This document shows, one piece after another, positions 36,263-49,752 of a DNA stretch of 64,000 bases. Source of the stretch: Octopus vulgaris (taxonomy: Eukaryota); assembly GCA_951406725.2 (NCBI GenBank), contig OX597824.1, positions 35,216,001-35,280,000 on the forward strand. Direction: 5' to 3'. A model generated the notes under the pieces. That model saw nothing but the letters and a program-made list of their open reading frames with translations, was not told the origin of the DNA and made no database searches. Numbering within the stretch: position 1 is the first letter of the stretch; each line of letters opens with the position of its first letter. The position numbers were made by a program, and so were the translations under genes.

Positions 36263-37700
36263 TTAACCGATTTATCTATGCATATGTCACATCTCAGCTC
36301 CTTCCCACAGCTTTGAGACGCATCACTTTCGTCAACACATGAGCTATTCCAAGTATTACTGTCCCAGATGATTTTTCCACGTAGTCTACACAAAAGTGAC
36401 GCTTCTGTCTTACCAATACTACATTTGAATGAGTACGTAAAGCATGTTCTTCCGCAGCAAGAATCAGTCCTTCCGTTTCCTTCTTTAAAAAAACCGTCTT
36501 AACCATCTCTTTCATCCGTTGTTTGTTGTAAAAATTCTCCGTATAGGACTTTCTCTTTTCAGTTGGTGTTCCTTTCTCTATCAATTCTCATATTGTACTC
36601 CTGCAGGGTTCCTCCATTGTCATTGAACACCTTCTCATCCAGTGCAGCCTACAACATCCTTTCTTCACTATTCTTCACATAAGCATGTAAGGACTTGATC
36701 CCTTTCAAAACACTATCTTCTATTTCAACCAGGTCTCTTTCACCTTCCTAGCTAAGTATAGCGTTGCTACGTTACTACTAGTACCAAGACATCCATGCAT
36801 AGCCATTACTTTCCAAGTTTTTTTTTATCCAGTTTGACAAGTTCTTCTTTAGACCATTCCTCAACACCTGCATAGTAACGTATCCCACCTACAGCCAACA
36901 TGTTGATACTTCTAATCAGGTTCTCTCCATTTAGTTTAGACCTACATAACTTTTTAACTCTTCTGGTATATTCAGAAGAGATTTTCTCTATCATCTAGGT
37001 GTTTAGTATTTGGCGTTGTTGTAAAACACCAAAACACTTACTTGTAACCCTCTCCGTTCACTTCTCTTATCCGATCATAAACTTGGAAGTTGTATTCCAC
37101 TGTTGTCTACTTTTACTTTTCACTATCTCCTTAGTTCGATAACATCGCATTTCTTTATACCAAACTAGCAGTATCGCCCGGCGTTGCTCGGGTTTTAAGG
37201 GAAATAACTATAAAGCATTTTTAGAGAGTTACAGCCAAAAAATAGCAAAAAACTGGAAAAAAAATGATGGTAAATTTTTTTGAGAGTTAAAAAGGTCGAG
37301 TTGCGTCCCCTAGACAGTCTGTGGTTTGTGTTTCTGATTCTCGACCCCATGTCGAATTTATCGATTTTTTTCAGAACTGGGGGAACTTTTCAAAATTTTC
37401 GCTGCGTTAGTTTTGAATTATGACATTGGGCTATGTGTGTGTCAAGTTTCATCAGAATCGGTTGAAAGCCGTGGTCAGGGTGAGGGTACAACCTAACAGA
37501 CACACAGACACGCAGACAGACAAACTGCCGTTTATATAGAGAGAGATGTCATCTGGATGTCTTGAGAGAAAATTCGTACTGACTGAATAAAGGAATATAA
37601 TTGACCACTGCTAGTTCCGTAAAACTTTAAATCATCCATAAACATCAGTTGATTGATTGGTCTCATGTTTTTCCTTAGTTTGTAACTAAGAACCAAAGAG
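36258..37700 (-). pseudogene. R4/Dong-like LINE RT fragment with the same 3' end, interrupted by a Helitron
   Basis: INQLMFMDDLKFY, QDIQMT|FGIKKC, EYTRRVKKLCRSKLNGENLIRSIN, LKKETEGLILAAEEHALRT; 3' 100 bp nearly identical to 35638-35740. Confidence 0.85.
37165..37546 (-). mobile_element. Complete 382-bp non-autonomous Helitron
   Basis: 5'-TC...CTAG-3' on the minus strand, subterminal hairpin cccgagcaacgccggg, inserted between A and T with no TSD; removing it restores the LINE peptide DIQMTFGIKKC. Confidence 0.92.
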
Positions 37701-38197
37701 AGCGATGACATAAGGCTACTGTTGGCTTTTATGGGTTTTTCCACCAGGAACCTTTCGTAACGCCTCCCCCTATTGGGAGTTTTTCGTTGTTATATTATTT
37801 GATTGTTACACTGTTTTTACACGATTTTTTTTCACAAACGGACAAAACCCTTTGTAACCTTTCGTCCTGTTTTGTCCCTTTATGTTTTCCAATCATGTGT
37901 GTCAGCCCTTGTGACCAATAAAAAGAATTAATTATTATTATTATTATTATTGTTAGTACTAGTAGTTTTCAGTTTAGAACAGGGTCTTTCACTTTATTCC
38001 CGTTTCTACCGATAACAGTTGTTTATTTTTTTTCATCAGACCTTCAAACTGTAGTTAGTTTTTGCAATATGAAAGAAAAATGCTTTAATGCCAGAACAGA
38101 AGTGACCATAAAAAGATTTGACCAACCGAACCAGCCTATATTTTTTTCGGTCTTTATTTAAATCTACAAGAAAGTGGTAATGATTCTAAAATGTATG

Positions 38198-38251
<54 letters not shown>

Positions 38252-39889
38252 GTGTGTGTGTGTGTGTGTGTGCATGCGCACATGTGTGTGTGTGTATGCG
38301 CGCGCGCTCGTGTGTGTGTGCGCGTGTTAAAGTGATACATCCGTTTGAGTATGCATGCAATTTGCTCCATTATGTACCAGTAGAGTTTCCCACTGATAAA
38401 ACTGTTATGGATTATTTTCATTTAGTCTGGTCGTCATTATCTCTTGTTTTTAGCTACTGAAATAACGAACTACAGTGTATACAAGGCATGAGTCATTTAC
38501 TCCAAGAGAAAAATATTCGAAGAGAAATGAACAAAATCTGTTCTGGATGGGGAGGGCGAAATTATTCCATGAAATCATTGCTTATATACCAACTGAGACA
38601 GTAGTTACTCTCTGACTGTTTAGGGTGGGAAAAGCTGTTCATTGTGGGGGAATTATGTGCTTTTTATCATGGTACGTGACAAACTTTTAAGCAAGCGGCC
38701 CAATCGTGTCGACAATGATTAACTCGGAGCCTGCCCCAATTAAAATGACAAGGCGGCAGGAGGCTGTTGTATGTTTGCTGTTTTGTTTTTAGTTTTGTTT
38801 TTATGTAAACACTCTCATGTTAAAAAAAAAAAGCCAGCCGAATTTTAAGTCTGAGGCCAGAGGTCATAGTGAGTTTAAACTAAGGCATTCCCTGCTACTT
38901 ATTCAGGTATTCACAACAATCTGATGGTGGTGATTTTCTGACATAGTAATTCTCTGCCGAAAAAGTCAGTGTTAAAACATTGTAGTGAAACCGATTTTCC
39001 AGAGTTTCTCAGATAATTTTAGAGGACCCAGCTCAGCCTCTAAACACTGTTACATCTCAGTAACGTGACACAGCTAGTCGCCATGTTATTACAACGTGTT
39101 GACATGTCGTTATTAAAAATGACATTGTGTTGTAAGCAGCACCGAAGAATGTACAGTTCTCATGCTAAGAAGCCGTAACAGCAGATGTTTTCAGAGAAAT
39201 AAAATGGAGGATGGACTAGGAAATTGAAAGGTCGTCTGTTCCTAAGAATGGCTTTTATAAATATAATTTTTTTTGCAACTTTATTTTGTTTTTGTTATTG
39301 AATAATAAACGTGGTTGCTTTGGTTGTTGTTATTTCTTTATTTGCTTTATAACTATTGGGTAATTACAAACCTTAATAAGAATGCGAAAATATGTCTTCG
39401 TTTAGTTAGGGTCAGTCAACATGATAATTTCCAACTAATCTTTTGAGGTGACATATTGTTTTAAGTTTGATTGATGAAATAACTTGAGCAGTTACCGAAA
39501 TATAATAGTACTTTATATCTAGTCTCTGATTCTACTATATAGCACAAGATATGGTGCTGCGAGGCTGTAGATAATGGTATACAATAGGATGTATAAATAT
39601 GTTAATTGTATGCGCCAGTAGTTATTTTTACCGAGACCAGTAATGAGAAAATGTATCTACAAACCGTACATAATGTCATAAAGACCATTTTAGATAAAAT
39701 TCATGTTGCATATGCAACCTTCCAAAATATTTTGTACAAATATGAAGATATCATTATTATAATCTCCATCAAGAATATATATATATATATACATATCACT
39801 TGTTCTTTTCTATATATATTGAATTTCATGCGAAGTGTAAATTGCTGATGGTAGATGAGAAGACTTATTTTGCTGTGAGTCATTGTATT

Positions 39890-41330
39890 ACTTGCAAGTT
39901 CATGTGGTGTATCTAGGTTAATTTATTTCGGCCCCATTTTCAAGTGCTGGATCGTTGCAAATTACAGTAATATGTGTTCAGTGGTCAGGATGAGTGGCCA
40001 CCTTTCGGAACTATTCAGTATTATGCACTCAAGTCGTCAAGGCTGTCCGCTCTAGTCTCTTCTGAATGCTTTAATTCTAGAGCCACCACCTCGGAAATTG
40101 GGGACGTTGAAGAACGTACAGTGCGAATTAGCGTGGTGTGCATCTGTGTCGGCATATGCAGACAACTTCGCCGTCATACTGTCGAACACTGAGCAAGCAC
40201 ATCCAGTAAATCTGCACTGCTCTAGGGCAATACAAGAGGATGACAGGAGAGAAAAATTAACTGCGGGAAGTCATCAGGCATGCAACACGGCACCTGAAGA
40301 AGCAGGTCCATGCTATCCAACAGAACCATGGTCGTTGGACGGACTGGCCTACTAGAAAGTTCGTAGTCTGGTTTCCCTGAGGCCTCCATTTGGACAAGAA
40401 CTGGTACGAGGTGATGAACAGTGTGGCCAGTGTTATTCAGAAATGTGCTGAAAAGAAGTTTCCCTTAAAAGATCGGGAAGAGAAGGCGAATGCCTACAAC
40501 GCATATCGTGGCTAACGATGTGCAGTCTTGCGCTGGGCGTGCAACATCTTCAACCTGTCCTTGTCAACGAACTGGTGTGGTCATCATTTGTCAGACATAT
40601 TTTCTTCAGCTCGTCTCATTGACAGAGTTACAGCCCTGGGTCAAGCGAAGACCGAGACAGGGCGCTTGGGATCTAGAATTTCCACAGAACGCTTGGCATC
40701 TGGATTTCGTCAATGTAGTCGGTGGAAGTTCCACGGCGATTAATAAAGGATTAGTAGCGAGAAAGTGCGATGATGTTCTTGGGAAAACTCGAAGCGTCGC
40801 TTAAAAATCAAGTGGTTATTCTACTCGCGACAATTTTGGGTTCACAATCCATGGATAATTTCCAGAAATCCTCGGCTTGAGAGTGCTACTGGGTGGCGTT
40901 GCTGGTTCAAGATACGCTCTATAGTGTCGTCAGCCGGACTTATCTGAGACGCATGCAGAGCGATGAAAGCGCACTGCACGAGCATTGCCGATTTATGGGT
41001 TTATATCAAACACCTGCTCCTGCATATAAAACGGATCCAACTCTCACCTGAGGCCATATTGAGGATTAATCCACCACAACCTTTTGGCTGAGAAGAGCAG
41101 GCAGTCTTCGTTTGCCTGTGGGCATGGTGAAAGAGGTCATATGGTGAACGAGACTGAAAGGGCTGAAGACAGACACCTTCCTCTTTAACCAAGCCCTTGT
41201 CAACTTGAAAAGGAAACCGAGAACAAGGAAGGAAGTGTTGCCCAGCAGGAAATTCGTTGAAATGGGGATGAGAGCATCAATCATGGTCCGAATGAACGGG
41301 CCTGCTCTGAGTATGCGCTTTTAGATTGGA
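39890..41330 (+). pseudogene. Heavily decayed Tx1-like LINE ORF2 fragment
   Basis: ctctagagccacc...ggaaattgggacg, VSAYADNFAVI, ccatggataatttccagaaatcc, cgaacgagactgaaagggctgaagacagacac-like blocks parallel 15270-16700. Confidence 0.75.
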
Positions 41331-42415
41331 GAGGGACTTAATGAGGAGAGCGCTTGCCTCAGAGGTTAGGGTGACTGACCATGCATTTTGTACTGTTTTA
41401 ATGGGTAACCCTCGGATTTCTCTTTGCACTCACGGGAAAATTTTCATTGTTTAAAGGGTCCAGGTGGGTGCTGGTGTCTGAGGGGGTGGTAGAGTAAAAG
41501 GAGGCATTGGGAAACGCTTATGAATTTATAATATTATTATAGTATTGCATACAAATTATATAATAATATTAAATATCAAATGATTCATAGTATATATAAA
41601 TTAGTAAAATATAAAATTTTGTAGAACCATTCTCTCCGTTAACACGTCAATCACGATGCCTTTACTAATCGCCTCTTCTAGTTTGCTAACTAGTGCTACG
41701 AGCAGACTTCGCTGTTTTTCTCAACATAGGTTTCTCTATCTTCTTCCATGTGTCCATATTTATTATTGAAATATCACTTCCAGTATTCAATTGAAATTTC
41801 ATATATATTCTATTTATTTTTACGTGTACGAATTTTTTTATTTGAGAGTCAATTTTTGTTTCTGCTGAGAGTACTCTAGGCTTTTTAATGTTTAACCACC
41901 GTAATTTTGTTCTGCAACGTTGAACTCTTGTGACCCATTCTTTTTCAAATGTAACATTTTTGATTTTTAAATGGACAGTCTTTTCTTAAATATATGCCCC
42001 CACACCCATAATATGGATTAGGACGTGGCGCTCTTTTTGGTTGTACGATTCCTGTCGGCATACCTGTATTTTTGAGGAATCCTTTTCTTGAACTTTTTCT
42101 ACATCGTGTTTCAGGTTTACCATCCTTTGGCAATATTCTGCCACGGACTGTAAGGTTAGATCTTGGTTCGCTTGTTTCAATTTAGAAAGAATTCTTGCCC
42201 GAATTCCTGTATCTTCACTTGCTGTAAGGCTTTGTACGAAAATAAGACCCATGAACATCTCAGGTGTAAGTTCTTTGAGTTTAAAACTTTCTCACATCCT
42301 GCTGACTGTTTCTGGGTATATGATAAAATCATCATTCTGTTTTTTCGTTATATTCCATCACACCATTCGAGTGTTAAATAGAAAAGTTTTATCACTGACT
42401 ATGTTCAACAGCAAT

Positions 42416-42831
42416 TACTCTTTACTCTTTCACTCTCTTTTACTTGTTTCAGTCATTTTACTGCGGCCATGCTGGAGCAGCGCCTTTAGTCGAGCAAATC
42501 GACCCCGGGACTTATTCTTTGTAAGCCCAGTACTTATTCTATCGGTCTCTTTTGCCGAACCGCTTAGTGACGGGGACGTAAACACACCAGCATCGGTTGT
42601 CAAGTAATGCTAGGGAAACAAACACAGACACAGAAACACATACACACACATAAATATATACATATATACGACAGGCTTCTTTCAGTTTCCGTCTACCAAA
42701 TCCACTCACAAGGCATTGGTCGGCCCGGGGCTATAGCAGAAGACACTTGCCCAAGATGCCACGCAGTGGGACTGAACCCGGAACCATGTGGTTGGTTAGC
42801 AAGCTACTTACCACACAGCCACTCCTGCACC
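42416..42831 (-). mobile_element. SINE family A nested in the Gypsy gag
   Basis: High identity to family A. Confidence 0.92.
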
Positions 42832-43122
42832 TATTCTATTGGTTCTTTAAAACAAATTTCTTTGGATTTTTTTTTCTGTGGCAATATGAAATTACAGTAA
42901 TGTTCATGCTCTAACAGAGATAATTTTCGCAATAACAATCTCACTTTTTGTTCGTTCGACCATGACTTCCAATCTTGCTTAAAAATGTCTTCGTACCTTA
43001 GTACGATGCAAAAAGTTATACCCTCCTCTGGATTATAACGGAATTCACAAATCGAGTTCGAAACGGCGTCTGACGAAAATGAACTTAGCTCACTTTTGTA
43101 CTTCTTTGTATATTTTTTTTTT

Positions 43123-43383
43123 CGTGACCGACCAGACCATCAGATGTTGTTACACATCGCTGGTCACAATGCGTTCGCATTGTTTTAGCCTTTGAATGAC
43201 GCCACCCTGCTGGCTAAGCGAGCTGGCCAACAGAAGAAAGAGTGGTGAAAGAGTACAGCAGGGATCACCACCCCCTGCCGGAGCGTTGTGGAGCTTTTAG
43301 GTGTTTTCGCTCAATAAACACTCACAACGCCCGGTCTGGGAATCGAAACCGCGATCCTACGACCGCGAGTCCGCTGCGCCTCC
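43123..43383 (-). mobile_element. SINE with family C head and a different 3' module, nested in the Gypsy gag
   Basis: Matches family C from the head to gtactctttcaccac, then an unrelated tail; acttctttgt on both sides. Confidence 0.8.
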
Positions 43384-43571
43384 ACACTTCTTTGTTTATA
43401 GCTCCAATAATTATTAATGTTGTAGTTGTTGCTGTAATAGTTGCTTCTGTAACTCCTGTTGCTGCTCTTGCAACTGTGCTGTGGAAGCTAATAGGACATC
43501 CATTATTTAAAAAAGTATCACAAGCAAATTGTTAAATAACCTACGCGAGCTTCGAAAACCTCGTCGCCACA

Positions 43572-43816
43572 TGTTGTAACATAATTTGTTACGTACAATA
43601 AATAAGATAACCAACGTAACGAACTAACAAGTTTCTTTGCGAAACATCAATCAATATTCCTTGTGAACTAACCAACCGAAACCTTCCGACATCACTGCGA
43701 GCTAACACGAACTTCACTCGACTCCGAACCCTGAACCCACTCGGATCGTTACTATTCATAGTTTACTCGAACCAGTCTATTTCTCGCAAGGGAGCGTCGT
43801 AACTTTCATCACAACA
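43572..43816 (-). repeat. 5' LTR (245 bp) with adjacent primer-binding site
   Basis: Minus strand TGTTGT...ACAACA, then 2 nt, then TGGCGACGAGG (43559-43569). Confidence 0.8.
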
Positions 43817-43824
43817 ACAACAAC

Positions 43825-43871
<47 letters not shown>

Positions 43872-43874
<3 letters not shown>

Positions 43875-45860
43875 CTTCCTAACAATGTAGATAAAAATGC
43901 ACCGGAGTCTTTAATCATCTGTCAAGTCACAACAAGGACCTCAGACAGATAATACTTTTCTTAAGATGTACGCTGTCCACAATAAGGCTGCTTTTTGCAA
44001 GACATCAATCTTGCATGGGATTTCCAGTTGCCTTAGGAAGTCTTGAAGTTTCAATGGGATTGAGCCCAACGTTCCGATCACCACTGGTATCACTTTTACA
44101 TTACCCTCTCACATTCCATACGGTCTTGCCACTTCCACTTTCAATTTGGAGTACTTGGTAACTTTTTCAACCTCTTTACTCAATATTCATGTCATTTGGT
44201 ATGGCTACATCAATGATCTGACAGTATTTGTCTCTATTATTCAATATGATAATATCGAGCCGACGGTGTTCTATTACACATTATTATTATTATTATTTTT
44301 ATTATTATTATCTCTTTATCACAGATTTTGTTGGAGTTCCTGGAGTCTTGCATGCGTAGCGGGGTTACTACAAGCATCCTACGGTATCGTGCTATTCGTT
44401 CTTTTCCGCTAATACTTTCCTGATTATTCTGGCCGTGCCAAGGAGGCAAACCTTTTGTAACAGTTCTACTGGGCACACTATTCTAATTTCCTTTATATTC
44501 CCCTTAAACCTTCTGATACTGTTCCCAAGAACCCAATAATAATTGGCACTATTTTCACCTTCTTCATTTCCACAGCAAGGCTATTTCGTACTTCACTGGG
44601 TTCTATTTATCCTTTCACCTTCCTTCTTGACTATCTGTTGGTCAAAGGGGCATGCAACATCAACTATATAGCATATGGAGAGTTCTCTGTCCACCACTAC
44701 TAGGTCAGGTCTGTCATGCTCTAACCCCTGATCTGTTTGGATTAGGAAGTCCCAGAGGATTTTGCTAGTCTCCGACTCCACCACTCTCCGTTTTTTTCTC
44801 ATACCACGTCTTGCTTCTCTCCGCTTTCTGCACAGTTTCCAGTGTAGCAATTTCGCTACCTGGTCGTGTCGCCACAAACTGTAGTGGTTTTGGGCAAGTC
44901 TAGGGCATTTGTTCGCGATATGGGCAGTGGTTTCATCCACTCTATTGCAGATACTACACAGTGAAGACACTTATTCATTTCTCGGGTTTATTATCCATCT
45001 TTTCAGATATTTAGGGATAGTTCTCAATGCACCAACTGGGATACATTTTACCCGCACTTTCCATAGTCTCTGTAATTCAATAGTTAAGTCCTGGTACTCT
45101 GTTATTTTTTCTGTACGTCTCATATGATTTTTTTTATCATTTGAGACTGTAAACTCAATTAACTGGTAATTTCTCTTTTCTGTATCTACTACTACTAAAT
45201 CAGGCATTCTAGCTTCTATTACTCTGTCAGTCTGAATGTTAAAGTCCCACAACATTTTGCATTCCTTACTTTCTAGTACTTTACTAGATTCATGTTCCTA
45301 CCATTTATCAGTATGTTCAAATCCTAGCTTTCTACATAGCTCCTAGTGGATTGCTCTTCCTAGATTGTCATGTCTTTTTTTTTTTTCATTTTTTTTTCTC
45401 TGCCAGCATGCTACATTCACTTACTATATGAGTAACGCTTTCCTCTTTTGATTTGCATAACCTACATTAGGAATCTCCTTGGGTTTTGTCTATCTTGGCT
45501 TTTATCCACTTATTCCTTAATGCTTGGTGTTGTGCAGCTACTAACAAACTTTCTGTCTTCCTTTTCAGCTTTCCTTTCTGCAACTATAGCCATGTGTCAC
45601 TACTACTATTTGCTGCCACTATCTTTGAGAATCTACCATGCAACGCCTTCTCCTGCCAGTCAAACAATCTCTCTTCTTTTTTCTGGTTTTTAACTTCGTT
45701 TGGGTTTTTTGTTTCTCTATGTCTTACTGTGACTCTAGCACTATTACCTACACAGGAGTTTATATCTACTCAAGCTAACTCCACGTAGTCTTCTACTGAA
45801 ATTAACCCTCTTTTACCATCCTTTCTAGGTACAAATACTCTATCTAGATATGATCTGGAT
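43872..45860 (-). pseudogene. Three stacked R4/Dong-like RLE LINE fragments next to (ATT)n
   Basis: CSICNRVDETTAHIANKC, RHDQVAKLLHWKLC, ILWDFLIQTD...RPDLVVVD; a second LWDFNIQTDRVIEARMPD...EKITEYQDL; a third VIPVVIGTLG...LQKAALLWT; also FVPRKDGKRGLISVED. Confidence 0.88.
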
Positions 45861-45879
45861 GGCCTGTTGTGGTGGCTCC

Positions 45880-47062
45880 ATGTTTATACTGTTTATTTTC
45901 TTGTGGAAGGGACAAGTTCCAATGGTCAGGCGGTCAGTCTGCTGCCAACTCCCTCTGCGTGGCGGCGTGGGCATGTAATGGCTTTTGATGCGCAGAAACG
46001 TATTCATGTAGTGCCACCTGCAACGATTTCTAGAAGGTGAATATGTGTGGGCTCCGTTTGTGAGTCACGCCTTTTCGCAGCTCGTCTCCTTGACGAAGCA
46101 GCAGTCCTGGGTAAAGTCCTAGAATGTCGCCAGGCCCTTTCTGTCCTCTACAAGCCGGGCAATAAGATCGGTAGATGTTCCGCTTTAGCTATATACAGAG
46201 AATTAGTAGCGGGAAGTGCGACGGTGTCCTCGAGGAAACCTTAAGCGTCGACGAAGACGAACTGGCAAGTCTATTCCGGAGGACATTCCAGTCGGTGACT
46301 GTTATGGATAATTTCCCGATGTCTTTGGCCTGGTAGTGCTACGGGGTGCGCTACAGATGTGCCGTCATATGGGCTTGTCCAAGGTGCTCGCAGATGTTCT
46401 ACATGCACCCGTTCAGTGTTCGAGCATTGCTGACTTGTGGAGTTATTTCGAAAGGCCGCTGTCGCGTGTGGGATGGATCCATCTGTCAGCCGAGTCCATA
46501 ATGATGATTGCCTCGCCGTCCTACTTTAATCGGGCAGGCAAGGCAGTTTTCTTTTGCCTGGTGACTGTGGCGCAAGAGGTTGTCTGGTGGACGAGGCTGA
46601 AAGGAATGAGAGCAGAATACTCCCTCTTCGACTGTTTCAAGTTTCACTTGAAAAGGTGAGGGGGAGGGGAGATGCTGTCCTCAAGTGAATTTATCAAAAC
46701 GTGGGTGAAAGTTACGAAAATGGCAAGTGTGGATGGTACCACTCTCAGTGTAGTCCTGTGAGTCGGAGGAAAGAAGTTGGAGAGGGCACTCCTCCTTGGT
46801 ATTCAGGATGATTTTGGATGGTGGGGCTCCTCGATTATCCCTAGAGGTCCTCCTTATCGGGAGGGCTCCATCACTAATTTTTTCCCTTCTAGTACCGTAT
46901 ATGTAAATTTCCCTTCTTTTAATGTACACCGTATATACTTTAAAAAAAATTGTCATTTTATCATCTGTAATCTCCAACACTTTGTGTCTGTCCCCTTTGT
47001 GTCTTGTCCCCTTCATTCTTCGCCCTTGAGGCAAATAAAAGAAATTATTATTATTATTATTA

Positions 47063-47100
<38 letters not shown>
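45880..47100 (+). pseudogene. Tx1-like LINE 3' part with 3' UTR and (ATT)n tail
   Basis: LHAPVQC...LWSY...VVWWTRLKG...FKFHLKR parallels 15400-16250; ends gcccttgaggcaaataaaagaa(att)n. Confidence 0.8.
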
Positions 47101-47105
<5 letters not shown>

Positions 47106-47739
47106 ACGCTTCCCAGCACAATTTCTTAACGTGCACCTTTTGACATATCAATTTTCTGTTGAAGTTCCTGTAGAAGGAGACCTCAAGCGAAATGTGACAG
47201 ACTAGCTTTGCTTGGGTCAACGCTTGTGTTGTAGTTGTAGTTGTTGTTGTTGTTGTCGTTGTTATTGCACCTGTATTGTTATTGTGCCGGAGAGAAAACT
47301 TACACTGGTAATTCGAACTATGCAACGACGACTAAAGCGTTCGTATTCTCCAAACCGATTCTCTATTACATGTTATCAGATATCTCTAGTTAAACAAGTT
47401 GGGATTCTTTGCCAAGAAAGCTCGCATTCATGCATTTTTTCTTTAAAAAAAAAAACCCCCAAAAAACAAAACAGCTGACACAAATTTCGTGACAAACGTA
47501 AACATACCTTTTATAGTGAACAACTACTTGACTAAGGCTGAAATGAGTCAGTCTTCTCAATGATTTTCACATCGAAATCGTCACAAAATGGTCGTCGTCG
47601 TTGTTGCTGTTGTTGCTGCTGCTGCTGTAATAATACCACCTCGATAATGACAACATCGATGACAATAAAATAACAATGGAAACAACAATAGGGTTTACAT
47701 TCGTCGGCCCAAAATGAAATAAACGAATAAATAAAATAA

Positions 47740-48119
47740 CTGCGTGGCACCTTGGGCAAGTGTCTTCTGCTATAGCCTCGGGCCGACCAAAGCCTTGTGA
47801 GTGGATTTGGTAGACGGAAACTGAAAGAAGCCCGTAGTATATATGTATATATATAAAATGAGATAGGGGTTGTAAATTCAACCCTCCATGGGATAACATA
47901 TATCCAATATACTGCTTGTCAGTTATAATGTATATGTATTTTTATATCTTGTTATATTTATTTAGTTATATCTCATTATATTGATTGTAATTATTGTACT
48001 GTATTAATGTCTAATCTTAATGCTCTTGTGTAGTGTTTTAATAAAGTATATGATTCGGTATTATCTGATAGTTGATGAATGATTTAGATATATTTCTCCA
48101 TTTTCTTATTTTGTATGTA

Positions 48120-48193
<74 letters not shown>

Positions 48194-48400
48194 TGTGTGT
48201 GTCTGTGTTTGTCCCCCTAGCATTGCTTGACAACCGATGCTGGTGTGTTTATGTCCCCGTTACTTAGCGGTTCGGCAAAAGAGACCGATAGAATAAGTAC
48301 TGGGCTTACAAAAGAATAAGTCCCAGGGTCGAGTTGCTCGATTAAAAAGGCGGTGCTCCAGCATGGCAGCAGTCAAATGACTGAAACAAGTAAAAGAGTA
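47740..48400 (+). mobile_element. 5'-truncated SINE family A with an about 260-bp foreign insert in its internal (TA)n
   Basis: 5' part 47740-47840, insert about 47855-48115, 3' part 48190-48400. Confidence 0.85.
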
Positions 48401-48844
48401 AGGAAAATATAGGCATATGTGGTAAGAATCACTTCATTAATCCGGTTTTTAAGGTATTTTGTCCCAGTATGGACAACAGTAATAATGAAGATGGCGATGA
48501 TGATGATGATTTCAGTGGTGGTGATGGTGATAGTGACAACAACGACGACTGACAATAGTCTATAGTGGAGTTCGTGACCTAGATAATAATATTAACAATA
48601 TTGAAAAGATAATGTCAGTTGTATTAGTATATTCGCAAACAATTATGCCCAGCCATTTTGTCATGACTGGGTATGGATAAGTCATGTGACTAAACAGAGA
48701 ACGTCTAGACAAATATTCTGCCGTGTCTAAGGGTCAATTTGTGAAGGAGACTATAATTCAATTTAATTGATGTTGCTATCCATCAATATATGTGTGTATG
48801 TGCGTGTCTGAATATATATATACACAGACAGACAGACAGACAGG

Positions 48845-48914
<70 letters not shown>

Positions 48915-48920
48915 CGCACA

Positions 48921-49152
48921 GGCGGCGAGCTGGCAGAATCGCTAGCACACCGAGCGAAATGCTTAGCAGTATTTCGTCTGCCGTTACGTTCTGAGTTCAA
49001 ATTCCGCCGAGGTCGACTTTGCCTTTCGTCCTTTCGGGGTCGATAAATTAAGTACCAGTTGGTACTGGGGTTGATGTAATCGACTTAATCCGTTTGTCTG
49101 TCCTTGTTTGTCCCCTCTATGTTTAGCCCCTTGTGGACAATAAAGAAATAAG
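48921..49152 (+). mobile_element. SINE family B monomer after (GATA)n
   Basis: High identity; agatagatacgca repeated on both sides. Confidence 0.92.
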
Positions 49153-49492
49153 ACAGATAGATACGCATACATGTGTATATGCATATATGCATGAATATTT
49201 GTATTTATGTATGCATGCACGTATGTATACATGCACGTATGTATGTACGTACGTATGTATGTATGTATGTATGTATGTATGTATGTATGTATGTATGTAT
49301 GTCTCTTCTATTTCTTAATTATTATAAATCTTCCACTGAGGAGGGAGCCAGTTTCAAGGCTCCATTTTTGTGATATAGTTAACACATTCAATATCACATT
49401 TGGAACTTGAGAAAAGTCTTGCATATTTTTACTGTTCCACTCACAGATTGCATTTGTAATGTACGAATTAGCCGGTCGATATATATATATAT

Positions 49493-49557
<65 letters not shown>

Positions 49558-49688
49558 GCAGCGTTGAAGTGAATCGAACGGCTTTTGTGTGTTTCTTAAA
49601 TGGCTTACAAACACCTTCCACGCTGCAATTGTTTTCGTTCCAGCACACGATCTCAGATCAAATCACTTGCTATACGAGTACACCTCCG

Positions 49689-49752
<64 letters not shown>

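Larger units (their letters stand above)
41620..43816 (-). mobile_element. Truncated Gypsy-type (K02A2.6-like) LTR retrotransposon: LTR, PBS, gag, protease
   Basis: EFRYNPEEGITF, YEDIFKQD...KVRLLLRKL, LIFVQSL...IRARILSKL, degenerate zinc knuckles, FQLNTGSDISII (DTG>NTG protease motif); two nested SINEs. Confidence 0.85.
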
